In this document: positions 47,494-58,342 of the stretch, one piece after another | Position numbering within the stretch: position 1 is the stretch's first letter | Layout of the letters: every line of letters begins with the position of its first letter | NCBI GenBank assembly: GCA_000004985.1 | Contig: GG738858.1 | DNA from: Naegleria gruberi | Taxonomy: Eukaryota | DNA length: 64,000 nt | Direction: 5' to 3' (one strand) | Position numbers and translations under genes: made by a program | Notes under the pieces: model-generated | Seen by the model: only the letters and a program-made list of their open reading frames with translations | What the model was told of the DNA's origin: nothing | Databases searched by the model: none

Positions 47494-48720
47494 ATGACAT
47501 CAACAAGTGAACAAGTCCCACAACAACTTGCTGTTGTTGAAAGTGGAATCCCATTAATTAAAGAAGGAGATACAATTCTAGTAAAATTAAATAGTGGTTC
47601 AATGATTTTACAACAACATATTAAACCAGAAACAAATTTAAAAATCGGAAAGAAACAAACTTTTCCTTTAAAACTTTTAATAGGACAACCATATTATGCC
47701 TTCTATGAAATTTTGTCATCACAAAATGAAGGAGAGAAGCAACCATCAGTAGTTTTAAAACGTATGTTGTATGATCCTGATAGTGAGGAAGCTTCTGCTG
47801 TTATTCCTGGTGATGATGAAGCACCACAAGAAGAAATGCAAGATGAAGAAGGTGAAACTGTTGATGCTAATACAAAGAGATTAATTGATAATAACAAATC
47901 ACAAACTTTAACTCAAGATGAAATTTTAGAATTAAAAAAACAAGGAGTTGAAGGAAAGGAAATTATCAGCAAATTAATTGAAGGAAGTAAATCTTTCCAA
48001 GTTAGAACTCAATTTTCCCAACAAAAATACTTGAAGAGAAAGAAGAAGAAATATTTAACTTACTTTAAAGTTATTGATCCTTCTGCATATGATATTTGTG
48101 ATTTTTACTTTTCAAAGAATCCTGAGAAAATTAGTCATATGAGAGTTGATGGACTTGCTCAATTATTAACTTTAGGTTCTATTTATCCAAATAGAAAAGT
48201 AATGGTAATGGAAACTTGTATGGGTTTAGTTACTGCTGCTGTTTTTGAAAGAATGGGATGTTATGGTGAAATTATTCGTGTAGCTCCAGATGATATGCTT
48301 GGTAAACATGTTCATGCTGTTACCTATTTGAATATTAACAGAAATTTAGCTTCTAGTGTTGTTAGAGATGTTCCATTTGGAAAACTTGTATCTGGTGATA
48401 TGTCTGATGAAAATGCTACTGATGAAAATATGGTTGATTGTTTATTGATTGCTACTAATCAATATAGTCCAATCTCAGTTCTTACAAACTTGTATCCTTA
48501 TCTTAGAGAATCAGGATCATTTGCTATTTATTCTTCATACAGAGAACCATTAGAAGAATGTCACAACAAATTAAAGGATGACAAGTCAGCTGTTTTGGTT
48601 CAATTGACAGAAACATGGATGAGAGAATACCAAGTTCTTCCAAAGAGGACTCACCCAATGATGACAACGTCTAGTGCAAGCGGTTTCGTTTTGTCAGGTA
48701 TCAAAGTAAAGATTGATTAA
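47494..48720 (+). CDS. trm6: tRNA (adenine58-N1)-methyltransferase non-catalytic subunit TRM6 (GCD10/TRMT6).
   Basis: 'NKSQTLTQDEILELKKQGVEGKEIISKLIEGSKSFQVRTQFSQQKYLKRKKKKY' matches human TRMT6 'GKSQKLTQDDIKALKDKGIKGEEIVQQLIENSTTFRDKTEFAQDKYIKKKKKKY'. Also 'MVMETCMGLVTAAVFERMG' and 'ETWMREYQVLPKRTHP'. Confidence 0.85.
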   Translation: MTSTSEQVPQQLAVVESGIPLIKEGDTILVKLNSGSMILQQHIKPETNLKIGKKQTFPLKLLIGQPYYAFYEILSSQNEGEKQPSVVLKRMLYDPDSEEASAVIPGDDEAPQEEMQDEEGETVDANTKRLIDNNKSQTLTQDEILELKKQGVEGKEIISKLIEGSKSFQVRTQFSQQKYLKRKKKKYLTYFKVIDPSAYDICDFYFSKNPEKISHMRVDGLAQLLTLGSIYPNRKVMVMETCMGLVTAAVFERMGCYGEIIRVAPDDMLGKHVHAVTYLNINRNLASSVVRDVPFGKLVSGDMSDENATDENMVDCLLIATNQYSPISVLTNLYPYLRESGSFAIYSSYREPLEECHNKLKDDKSAVLVQLTETWMREYQVLPKRTHPMMTTSSASGFVLSGIKVKID

Positions 48721-51683
48721 TCTGTGTCAATAATTTTCTTTGGAGATCCACCAAATGATTGTCTTCTTGTCAGTCTTCTCATGTTGGCTGAATCACTAAG
48801 ATTCTCACTTGTTGCAACTGGAGTTCTTGTTTGCTTAATAGGACTATTTCTTCTCTTGACTGTTTTTCTTATCTTTTTACCTTCGATTTTTTCTGCGGCA
48901 GGATCATTACTACTTGTGCTAGTGTCAACACTATCATCAGAATCAGCGTTTGGATTAAAGACAGATATTGGACTGATATCACTAATAGATCTTGGTGTTT
49001 CGTAAGCCTTCTTTTCCATGTCAGGAGTTTTGGTTTGTTGACTTGTGGTAGGTGGTTGTACTGGCTGAACCTTATCTTTAATTACACTACTTCCAGATGA
49101 AAGCAAAGGGGTATTCGTGTTGGTTTCAATATTTGGAGTTGATGGATTGGAAGTGCAAATCGTTAACTTTTCTGGTGTTGATTTGAAACTGTCAATAGTC
49201 GAGGTTCTAGATTCTATTTTTTTCTCCCTTACTTTATCTTTCAAGGACTTATTTTCTTCCATAACAGTTTTGTTAATCTCAAGAATTCTTCTGTTGGTAG
49301 TGTTCAAATGTTCTACTTGTTCTTCAAGCTCTTTAATTCTTTCTGAAGAGGAGAGTTGGGCTGAATTTTTGAGAGTTTGTCGCAACCTATCTTCACTGTC
49401 AGCAGCTTTTTCTTTTTCAAGCATCATCATTCTTTCGCTTGATTTTATCTTTGCATTCTTCGTTGATATTTCTCTTTCTAATTTTCTAATTGTTTCTTTT
49501 TGAGATTCCGTCTCAGTGTTCAAAAATGAAACTTGTTCCTGAAGCTTTTTCATCGAATCCTCAAGCTGTCGTTTTCTTTCAGTGGATGATTCCAAAACCT
49601 CAGTTGTTTGTTTAAGAGTTTCTTCTGTGTTTGAATTTTGTAATCTCACTTTGTTATAGTTATCCTTTAATTTGGCAATAACTTCTTGTAATTCACCAAT
49701 ATTTCTTTGCAATTCCGACTTATTTTCTTGTAAGATGGCTATTGTTCTTTGCAGGTTTGTGTTTTCTTCTTTAAGTGCATCATTTTCCAATCTTTCAGTG
49801 TGTAATTGATCTCCAAACTTATCTTTCTGCTCTTTTAGCTCTTGGAATGAGTTTTCCAAATCATTTCTGAGATTTTGAACGTCTTGCATCAATTTTGAGT
49901 TTTCTTGTTTGTAAACAACTATTTTGTCTGACTGCTCTTTAGTTAGAGTTTCTTGGGAGGTAAGATCTTTTTTGAGTTTCTTGATTGCATTACTTAAATT
50001 CAACATTTGGTCTTTCATTTTAGATTTTGAGTCAGACAGCTGCACAATCTCAAAGTTCATTTGCTCTTGTAATGACTGGAGTCTCTCCTCATAATTTTTG
50101 ATAATCTGTTCATTTTCCTTATTCTTTTCCATTATTAGTGATTCAATAAAATTGTTGTGATAGTGAGGCATTGTTTCATAAATCCAATTAGTCATTAAAT
50201 CCGCCAACAATGTGTTTTTATCTCCTTTTGCTTTTTCGTTATATGAATCCAAACACTCCCTAAATTTCAAATTCATTTCTTCAATATTTCGAAAACTTCC
50301 AGATGTTGAAATCTGTGAAAAGGAAGAGCTCAGAATCTTGCTGTTGTACTCATAATTTATACTCCTAACCTCCTCTCTCACTATTTTAAAAATTTGAACA
50401 ATTGAATCATGTAATTGTCCAACATGGAATTGAACATCTCTTACCACAAGCTTTGAATTTTCCAAGAAATAAGAAACTGCTTCTGATTCTGATTCGAAGT
50501 GAATGTTTTCCAACTCTGTTTGATCCACGTTCTGTCTTAACAGCTTTTGCATTTTTGTTTTGTAAATTTTGATAGATTCTGAATGAACAGCATCACATTC
50601 AGTTTTCACTACATTACTCCAACAAGAATCCACTATAATAGAGCCATCATTGATGGCATTACAATAGTTCTCACACAAACTTATGAACATCCTACCATTC
50701 AACATTCTTCCTCCCAGTTCTTTAGGAGCAACTGTGTCTAATATTTTTTGTTTGAGTTTTTCTATTTGATTCCTAAACTCTGGTCTTATTTCATAGGATT
50801 CCAATTTTGAGGCATTTTGTAATTTCTTTTCATCGTGAATAGGTCTTACCAGAGTGAAACAATCTCTATCTCGGAAATATTGTTTCAGAGAGGCCTTAAT
50901 TTGTTGCTTATTCCTTTCAGTTTCGGTGTATCTTTCCTCACTGGATAAGGCAAATTCAAGATAATTCTTTGGTGTAATTTGTAAATCCAACGAAAAGTCT
51001 CTCACAACCCATAAAAAAGATGGGAATATTGCTTGATTATCCAATCCTCCAAGTTTTGATTTAACATATTTTGAAAGTTCAGTTACCAACCTAATAGATT
51101 TAGAAACTAGTTCAAACCAACAACTTACCCTAATCTGGTTATTGCGTTGTCATCAATGCTTCCTTGACTATTATAAATAAACATTGAACTCATTAGTAAA
51201 GCAAGAGAGAACACCTAAAACTGTTGAAGAAATACAACCAATAACAACTTACTTGTGTATCATAGGTCTCATTTGCACTGAAGGATCCAATTCCCTCCGA
51301 ATCAACAATTAATAATCTAAAATCTGGATGGTTGTCATTGCTTACTTTCATCGGAACGCTCCAGACCCATAATCCTTTTGTGCAGGGTAAATGTGAGGGA
51401 CTGGTAGTAAAGCTGTATTATTATTTACTAATGAATATTATTGGTTTTTAAAAACATACCCATCATTCCTATCTAAAATTTGATTAAGTAAAAAGCTTTT
51501 CCCCGATCGATAAACTCCAGCTATCGAAAGTACAGCAACCGGTTCTTTAATTTTCGAAATCACAGAGATTGCTTTTTTATCCACTTGAAACTTTCCATCA
51601 ATGTATGATATCAAAGGAATTTGTTGTGGCTGCAGCGTTGACAGCGAGGGCGATGTTGAATAGTCTTGTAGTGATGGTTCCAT
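48717..51683 (-). CDS. Guanylate-binding-protein (GBP) family large GTPase with a long C-terminal coiled coil. Four exons: join(51683..51460, 51412..51253, 51214..51129, 51090..48717).
   Basis: G1 'LSIAGVYRSGKSFLLNQIL', 'TKGLWVWSVP', 'LLIVDSEGIGS', 'VFSLALLMSSMFIYNSQGSIDDNAITRL', 'FLWVVRDFSL'. These match human GBP1 block by block. Introns of 47, 38 and 38 nt, all with GTAAGT/GTATGT donors and phase-consistent acceptors. Confidence 0.85.
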
Positions 51684-51949
51684 TTTTTACTAAGGATTGG
51701 TTCAAAAATATGGCGCCAAAACATGTATTTGCTTTTAGCGCCAAAAATAAATCAATATATTTGATGTATGGTGACATATTCTGAGGAGTGAATAAGAGTT
51801 AATACTATTAATATTAATTATTCTGAACAACAACATCATGAGATTGATTATTTATCTTTTTAATAGACTTAAAACAAACTATTTTGTAAAAATTCAAAAA
51901 GGTATTGTAATATCAATAGAATTTGTTATTTACATTTAGTGCCAAAAAA

Positions 51950-54900
51950 ATGCAACCAGCCAATCGAAAGCCAATCAAGGTCAAACCATCGAAAGGTTCT
52001 AGCACACAACAACCTGTAATTATAACAACCTCATCATCTAATCATCAACAAAATAATTCCGAATCACATTCTCCATCACCTCTAATTTTATCACCCACAA
52101 CCACTGGCACAAATAATTATGTATTTGAAAATGAAGGAGAACAAAACGAACAAAAAACCAACAAGAAAATCAGAGCAAAAAGAACAGGAGGGATATTGGG
52201 AAACTTTTTCGACGTTTCTAAAAATTTAAATGAAAATACACTAAATCAAATGGAATCCAAGATGAAAGAAATTATTGAATCGAGAAATTTGTTTAAAGAA
52301 AATAACTTGGAGTTGTGTGAAATGATCATGTCTGCTGATGTGGAATCGAAGAATGAATCAATTTCTCAACAAGAAATTCTCAAAATTGATTTGATAAATA
52401 GGCAAATGGCCGAATTGGAATCATTTGAAACAAATCTGAATAACTTTATTCAATCAAATGGCTCTTCTGGAATTACAAATCATCTTGTAAACGCTGTTAA
52501 TACAAGAAATGCTATGAGAAATGAGTGTATGAATAATCTTAACGAAGTTACTAACTTGTTGGGTGAAACATTGGAATCAATGAAAAATGACATCCCCGTA
52601 GAAAGGATTCAAAAAATAGATGAAATTCATTCAAAAATTCTTTTAGAAGAAGATGTTTTATCAGTTTCTGGTTCTGGTGAGTCTTTCAATATGTATGAGT
52701 TTAATAGGAGATCAAAGGAATACTTTGAGTGGGTTAAAAAATCCAGTCCAAAACTGATTATTCAATACAAGGAAACAAAGGCTGTTTTCAAGAAGTTTCT
52801 AGAAGCAATGGAAAAAGAGCTAAATCTTATGAAAGAGGTTAAAGAGGAGGAGAAGAAAATGATGGATAATTTTGAGTATATAATTACCTACACTCCTGAA
52901 TATTTGGAGGCAAAGCGACAAACAACTGCTGAGCCAAGTGAAAGAAAGACTCATATCAAGGAGTTACATAGCTACTATTTGAAACGTAAAATTGAAATGG
53001 AATCCAAAACACAACTACCACTTAAACCAGACCTTGAAAGCGTCAATCTATTTTACAATCAGCTTAACTCTTTGAAAACAGACTTGAGAGAGGCTAAAAG
53101 AAATCATCTAAAATTGAAATTTGAAAAAGAAAATCATGAGTTGGATGGAGTTTCTCAGTCTATTCTACAAATTTCAACACAAAAAGTTCAAGAAGCATCT
53201 GAGGTAGTTCATAGAATCGAAGAAAAGATTCAGCTATTTGAATCTAATCTAGAAAAATCCATCAAATTGCATCCAGAAATTTTAATTTACATTAACAGTT
53301 TCTCTAAGAATGATGATCTTATTCCTATATCAATTAAGGATACAAAGTTGGAGGTGAAGAGATCTATCAAAGATTATGAAATATTGAAAATAATCAATCC
53401 AAGGGTTTGCAAAGCAAAATTTGCTAACCAAATATCAATAATCAAACAGTACTCTTTTTCAGATAGCAAATCAAGAAAAGAGTTTATGAAGGAGGTTCAA
53501 ATTTTACACAAAATGAATCATCCTTGTATTGTAAAGATAGAAGCGTACTTTTGTGAGAATGACTTTGTATTTATTCAAATGGAACACAAAGGAGATTTAA
53601 CTCTAGCTGATTGGCTCCTTAAATCTCCTTCAGAATATGAAAAACGAAATGTATTTCACTCTGTGGCACAAACTTTGAAATATGTGCACGACTTTAATAT
53701 TATTCACTGTGACATCAAACCAGAGAATATAATAATGTCACCAATCGGTTCTAAATCAATTGGATCCGTACAGGAGATATATGAATCATATAGACCTATT
53801 CTTATTGACTTTGATATATCAGTTGACAAGAATTCCTTACAAAATTCTTTAGCAATCCGATCCACTTTAACTTACTTGGCTCCAGAAGTTGTTCATGCAG
53901 CTTCTACAGGTGCAGATTTCAAGAGTGTTTTGAATACATCAATAGATGTTTGGTCATTTGGTGTTATGATGTTTAAGGCATACTATCCAAATGATGAGGT
54001 GTTGCTTCTTCCAAACGAACACTCAGTAAGAATACCAGAACATGAAAATCAATATTTGCAAGATCTTTTATCAAATATTTTACAAAGAGACGCAAAAGAT
54101 AGACCTTGTGCTGAAGATATTTACTCTCATATCTATTTCAACTCGTCCATCATGAATGAACTAGTATCTCAAAAACAAATAGTTAGTACAGAAGACAAGA
54201 TGCAATCATTCAATAGATTTCTGCATCACTACAAGAAAAGAATGCAAAGGAACACTTCAGATGTTATTCAAATACGTATGAGAAGAGATGCAATAGTAGG
54301 TCACACATTACAAGCATTTTCATCTATGGAAATCAATGACTTACTTTTGAGACTTCAAGTGCAATTTGTTGGTGAAATTGGAATGGATTTGGGAGGAATT
54401 ACATCTAATATGTATACAGAGTTCTTCAGACAATCAATACAAAATGATCATAACATTTTTGAATGTGGTTCAAGCTCTAAAACTGGAGGTTACCTACCAA
54501 AGGCAGATGCACCAGTTGAGGTTTGTGAAAGTATTGGAAAAATTTTAATCAAAACAATTTACGATCAAAGAGTTATTCCAGAAGTGCTTTCTCCTTTCAT
54601 ATTCAAGTTTCTTTCACACAAATATTCATCAAGCGATCCTGATTACAATTCTTTGCAAGTAACTTTCAGAGATTTGGAACAATTTGATGAATCTATGGCA
54701 AGATCTTTGAGAATGCTCCTTACTCATGAAGGAGTGCACGAATGGGAAATTTCTTTTGATGGCCTGGGACAAGACTCTAATAGAATGGTAAATGATCAAA
54801 ATAAGCACGATTATGTTAAAATGAAAATGAGAAATGTTCTCTTACTCTCAAGATTAGAACAATTGAAAGCTATTAGGAAAGGTTTTAATTCGCTTGTTGA

Positions 54901-55309
54901 GCTTCAGCCTCAGCTGGCATTATTTAGTTGGAAAGAGCTAATGCTGCTTTGTTGTGGAAAGGATTATATTGATGTAAAATCAGTGATTGACCTATTGAAG
55001 TTCAAAGATTTCCCTACTAATAGTAGGACTCCTTTATTTTTCACTCAATTTATTTCTTCACTCTCTAGCATTCAGTTAAGGCAATTTATTGAATTCTCCA
55101 CTGGTCAATGTGGAATTTCCTACGGATGGCAATCCAAGGCTCTGAGCATCACTGTACAATACTCTTCCTCTTCAGTTGATTCATTACCTGTTTCTCATAT
55201 TTGCTCATTCATATTAGACCTTCCTGACTATAACAATTATCAACTTTTAGAAACGAAAATTAAGCAAGCTTTCGAATTTACCTCATCCTCCGGCTTTTAC
55301 ATTGCTTAG
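51950..55309 (+). CDS. Protein with a coiled-coil N-terminus, a central protein-kinase-like domain and a C-terminal HECT ubiquitin-ligase domain.
   Basis: Kinase segments: 'ISIIKQY', 'EFMKEVQILHKMNHPCIVKI', 'HCDIKPENIIM', 'LIDFDISV', 'LTYLAPEV', 'DVWSFGVMMF'. HECT segments: 'LQVQFVGEIGMDLGGITSNMYTEFF' and C-lobe 'LPVSHICSFILDLPDYNNYQLLETKIKQAFEF' with the catalytic Cys. It is a single uninterrupted 1120-aa frame from the ATG at 51950. Confidence 0.8.
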   Translation: MQPANRKPIKVKPSKGSSTQQPVIITTSSSNHQQNNSESHSPSPLILSPTTTGTNNYVFENEGEQNEQKTNKKIRAKRTGGILGNFFDVSKNLNENTLNQMESKMKEIIESRNLFKENNLELCEMIMSADVESKNESISQQEILKIDLINRQMAELESFETNLNNFIQSNGSSGITNHLVNAVNTRNAMRNECMNNLNEVTNLLGETLESMKNDIPVERIQKIDEIHSKILLEEDVLSVSGSGESFNMYEFNRRSKEYFEWVKKSSPKLIIQYKETKAVFKKFLEAMEKELNLMKEVKEEEKKMMDNFEYIITYTPEYLEAKRQTTAEPSERKTHIKELHSYYLKRKIEMESKTQLPLKPDLESVNLFYNQLNSLKTDLREAKRNHLKLKFEKENHELDGVSQSILQISTQKVQEASEVVHRIEEKIQLFESNLEKSIKLHPEILIYINSFSKNDDLIPISIKDTKLEVKRSIKDYEILKIINPRVCKAKFANQISIIKQYSFSDSKSRKEFMKEVQILHKMNHPCIVKIEAYFCENDFVFIQMEHKGDLTLADWLLKSPSEYEKRNVFHSVAQTLKYVHDFNIIHCDIKPENIIMSPIGSKSIGSVQEIYESYRPILIDFDISVDKNSLQNSLAIRSTLTYLAPEVVHAASTGADFKSVLNTSIDVWSFGVMMFKAYYPNDEVLLLPNEHSVRIPEHENQYLQDLLSNILQRDAKDRPCAEDIYSHIYFNSSIMNELVSQKQIVSTEDKMQSFNRFLHHYKKRMQRNTSDVIQIRMRRDAIVGHTLQAFSSMEINDLLLRLQVQFVGEIGMDLGGITSNMYTEFFRQSIQNDHNIFECGSSSKTGGYLPKADAPVEVCESIGKILIKTIYDQRVIPEVLSPFIFKFLSHKYSSSDPDYNSLQVTFRDLEQFDESMARSLRMLLTHEGVHEWEISFDGLGQDSNRMVNDQNKHDYVKMKMRNVLLLSRLEQLKAIRKGFNSLVELQPQLALFSWKELMLLCCGKDYIDVKSVIDLLKFKDFPTNSRTPLFFTQFISSLSSIQLRQFIEFSTGQCGISYGWQSKALSITVQYSSSSVDSLPVSHICSFILDLPDYNNYQLLETKIKQAFEFTSSSGFYIA

Positions 55310-55316
55310 AGAGATA

Positions 55317-55499
55317 TTATTTACAGCCAAGCCTGTATCTATTAAGGAAATAGATTTCGTTGATTTTACTGCCGCCGTTTTTATGCAATTGGAGGTAGCA
55401 CTTCATGGGCGCCAAGTTCCATTCAAAACAGTAGTAGATTGCACAGTAAAAACCAACAACAGCAGCAACTTTTGAAATTATTTTGATCAAAGAGGCCAT
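55317..55499 (-). CDS. Possible small single-TM protein of about 60 aa.
   Basis: 'MASLIKIISKVAAVVGFYCAIYYCFEW...' It lies 8 bp from the stop of the kinase-HECT gene, convergent with it. Confidence 0.3.
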   Translation of the reverse strand: MASLIKIISKVAAVVGFYCAIYYCFEWNLAPMKCYLQLHKNGGSKINEIYFLNRYRLGCK

Positions 55500-55867
55500 G
55501 ATATTTAGTTTATTGCTACTGAAATATTCATGACACAACAACATTTCAAGGTTAGTTGTTTCCGTTGAGAGTTGACGTTCAACATTGTATTCCCCAACCT
55601 GTTTCTAAAAAGGTGAAAGACAAACCCGATCTTTTTCCCTCTCATCATAAATCTCCTCACAGAAAAAAATATTTCAACTCTGTAATCAAACTCTTTATTT
55701 CCTCGGTTAAAGAGAAAATTGTTACCCAGAGTTTCATTTGAAATCTTTTGGATTTCATCATCAAGTTGTATTATTATTAAAATATAAAAAGATCAACGTT
55801 TGATCCTAGAGTTTCATCATCAACACCATTTGTAAAATATATAGTAAAATAGTAAATATTGTGGACG

Positions 55868-58240
55868 ATGAGTGGCAATCCTTTTAACTTGTTGAGTATT
55901 TCTATTGCGGAATTTGATAAACTAAGTGGAAATAGTTTAACTCACACATACCCGACAGATGTTCACTTGGAAAAGTATTACCCTACCAGTAATATTGCTG
56001 ATAAATGTATTCCTGATGGAGCTCATATTTACCATGAAGATCAAACCGGAATAATATTACCAATAACCGAGGATAACACAGAATTAATTCAAGTGCTTCA
56101 CAAGTACATTTCTTCCTTTAAATTCACAACTTCACCTACACCACCCAAACCAATACCATCATCACCATCATCTAATATACCAAATAATAATGATAATGGT
56201 TTTCAAAATTCACAATACTTATATGGAAGTGTTTTCTTCAGGAACAAACTTGATGACAGAGTGCGAAGAGGAGCAATTCAAAAGAGTATTCTTGTTGTAA
56301 CAACAAAGCCACTCTTCACTCTCTTTATTCCTCTTATGAGGGATGCAATTGATAGGTTAGTATATTCATACATTGTTCAATGTTCATCATTTGATTAGAA
56401 TTATAAGTATTGAGGAAGCACACATAGAGAAATCTGAAAAGGAAGTAAGGGAAGTTTGCCGAGATCAAGTTACACTAGTGTTAAAAGATCTTTATGATAG
56501 CTTAAAGGAATCTATAGATGTTGCCTCAATGAACGCAACAAGAAAATTATCGATATCCTTCTCCGATAAGATTTATAATTTAAAAGTACCAAAGTAAGTT
56601 TATTTTAATATTTCCTTGTTAACACAGGAACTAGATGTAAAGAAGAGAATTTTAATGGTGCTTCTCTGATAGACCTTTTAACAATATTTGAAAAACACAT
56701 TTGTTATATTTGGGAAGCATTGCTCTTCTCGCGAAGAATTGTATTTGTAGGATCGCCAGCTAAAGTTGTGACGATGTGCTGTCTCTCTTGTCCTTTATTA
56801 ATTTCTCCTCTTAAAGGAATAACCAATAGGTAAGTTTTTGATTATTTTAAATGTGGAAACGAATTATATTTTAGGATTTCGCCCTATGTGACTATTGGAG
56901 ATCAAAAATTGAGTGAACATGTCTATGTGTGTGGAATGACTAATCCATTACTAGAAAATTCTAAATATGGATGGGATTACTATGCCAGTATTGCTGCTGG
57001 TAAAGTACAATACAAAAGACAAAAAATCTCATTAATTTCAAAATCAGATTTTAAAGATTTTATCAAACAAGTACTTTCTGGAATTAAAAAAGGAAAAAAG
57101 GAAAATTGGGTTCGTGAACAATTCACACAATTCAATTTAAATTTCCTCAAACACGTTCCAAACTCTAAGAAGAAAAGTATCACTCAAAATTTTATTCATA
57201 GTCATGTATATAAGAGATTTTGTAGTACAAATGTGTTGTCTAGCTCTCCACCCTCTCCAATTGCAGATAACACTCTTTCGGTGGGCAGTGTTAGATTTCC
57301 AAAGATTTCATTTGAGGGCTCTGACTCTCCTTTAAGAATATTCCCTCCAAAACTTGTGAAAAGCAAACATTCACAAAGTTATAGTGGTGAATTGAGATTA
57401 TCACCCAAAAAAACACCCACTTCTATTAAGAGTATATACAGGAAGCTTAACCCATTCATTTCATCCAAAAATGAATCACAATTTTCTCAAAAGGATCTCA
57501 TTTCTCAAGTCGTATCTGATGGAGAACTGGAGTTCCTTTGGCCATATATAATGCCTAACAGTGAATCCATGTTAGATTGGACTGTAACAGGGCATGTTAC
57601 ATTGTACAAAATGACATTATGTATCAAAGATGGTTTAAATACCTTTTATTCAAGACATAGTGGACCTTTGAGCCACAAATATGAAAAAGTGCTAGCAAAT
57701 ATTCATTTCATATTAGGAAAACTTTTTAAAGAAAACGAAGAAGTAATTTATTCACAGGAACAACTTGCTTATTTGGATAGAAAATCACTCGATGAAAAGG
57801 AAAAAATACTGAATGAACAAACAGCTAAAAACAAGAGAGATAGTTCATTCCTACATATCAAATTGCAAAAACCATTAGAACAAGAATATATGGTGATCAA
57901 CTCAGAAGTTAAGCAAACATCTCAAAGATCTTTGTTTGTACATAAGGTTGTTCGTCTTCAACTTGATTCTAACAAGCAATATACCTTTTTGGAGAACCCA
58001 GAATATTTTGTTTACGTTGTGAATCGAGTTAGTGAAGAACAAACTGAGCTCACACAAGTTCATGTAATAAGAGCAACTAATCTTAGTGAAAAACGAGACA
58101 AGTATACATACTTTAGTTCAGCTTTAGAAACTAGAAAATTACTAATCGAAAGATTGGATAAAGATGCAACAGATTATAGCAACATTGTAGTGAGTGATTC
58201 AGATTCGAGTGAGGATGAGGATTTAGGATCAAGTGAATAA
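55868..58240 (+). CDS. avl9: AVL9 (DENN-related late-secretory-pathway protein) homologue. Four exons: join(55868..56355, 56399..56593, 56635..56829, 56875..58240).
   Basis: 'LYGSVFFRNKLDDRVRRGAIQKSILVVTTKPLFTLF' (uDENN-like), 'NGASLIDLLTIFEKHICYIWEALLFSRRIVFVGSPAKVVTMCCLS' (cDENN core), 'HVYVCGMTNPLLENSKYGWDYYA'. Introns of 43, 41 and 45 nt with GTTAGT/GTAAGT donors. Confidence 0.75.
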
Positions 58241-58342
58241 AATTGTTTTCTTTATTTCCATAGCAATTGTTGAGTACCACATTCTCTCAACTTTTTTTCA
58301 TCATGATTTTTGAAAATATTTATTTTTTGAATTTTTGAAAAA

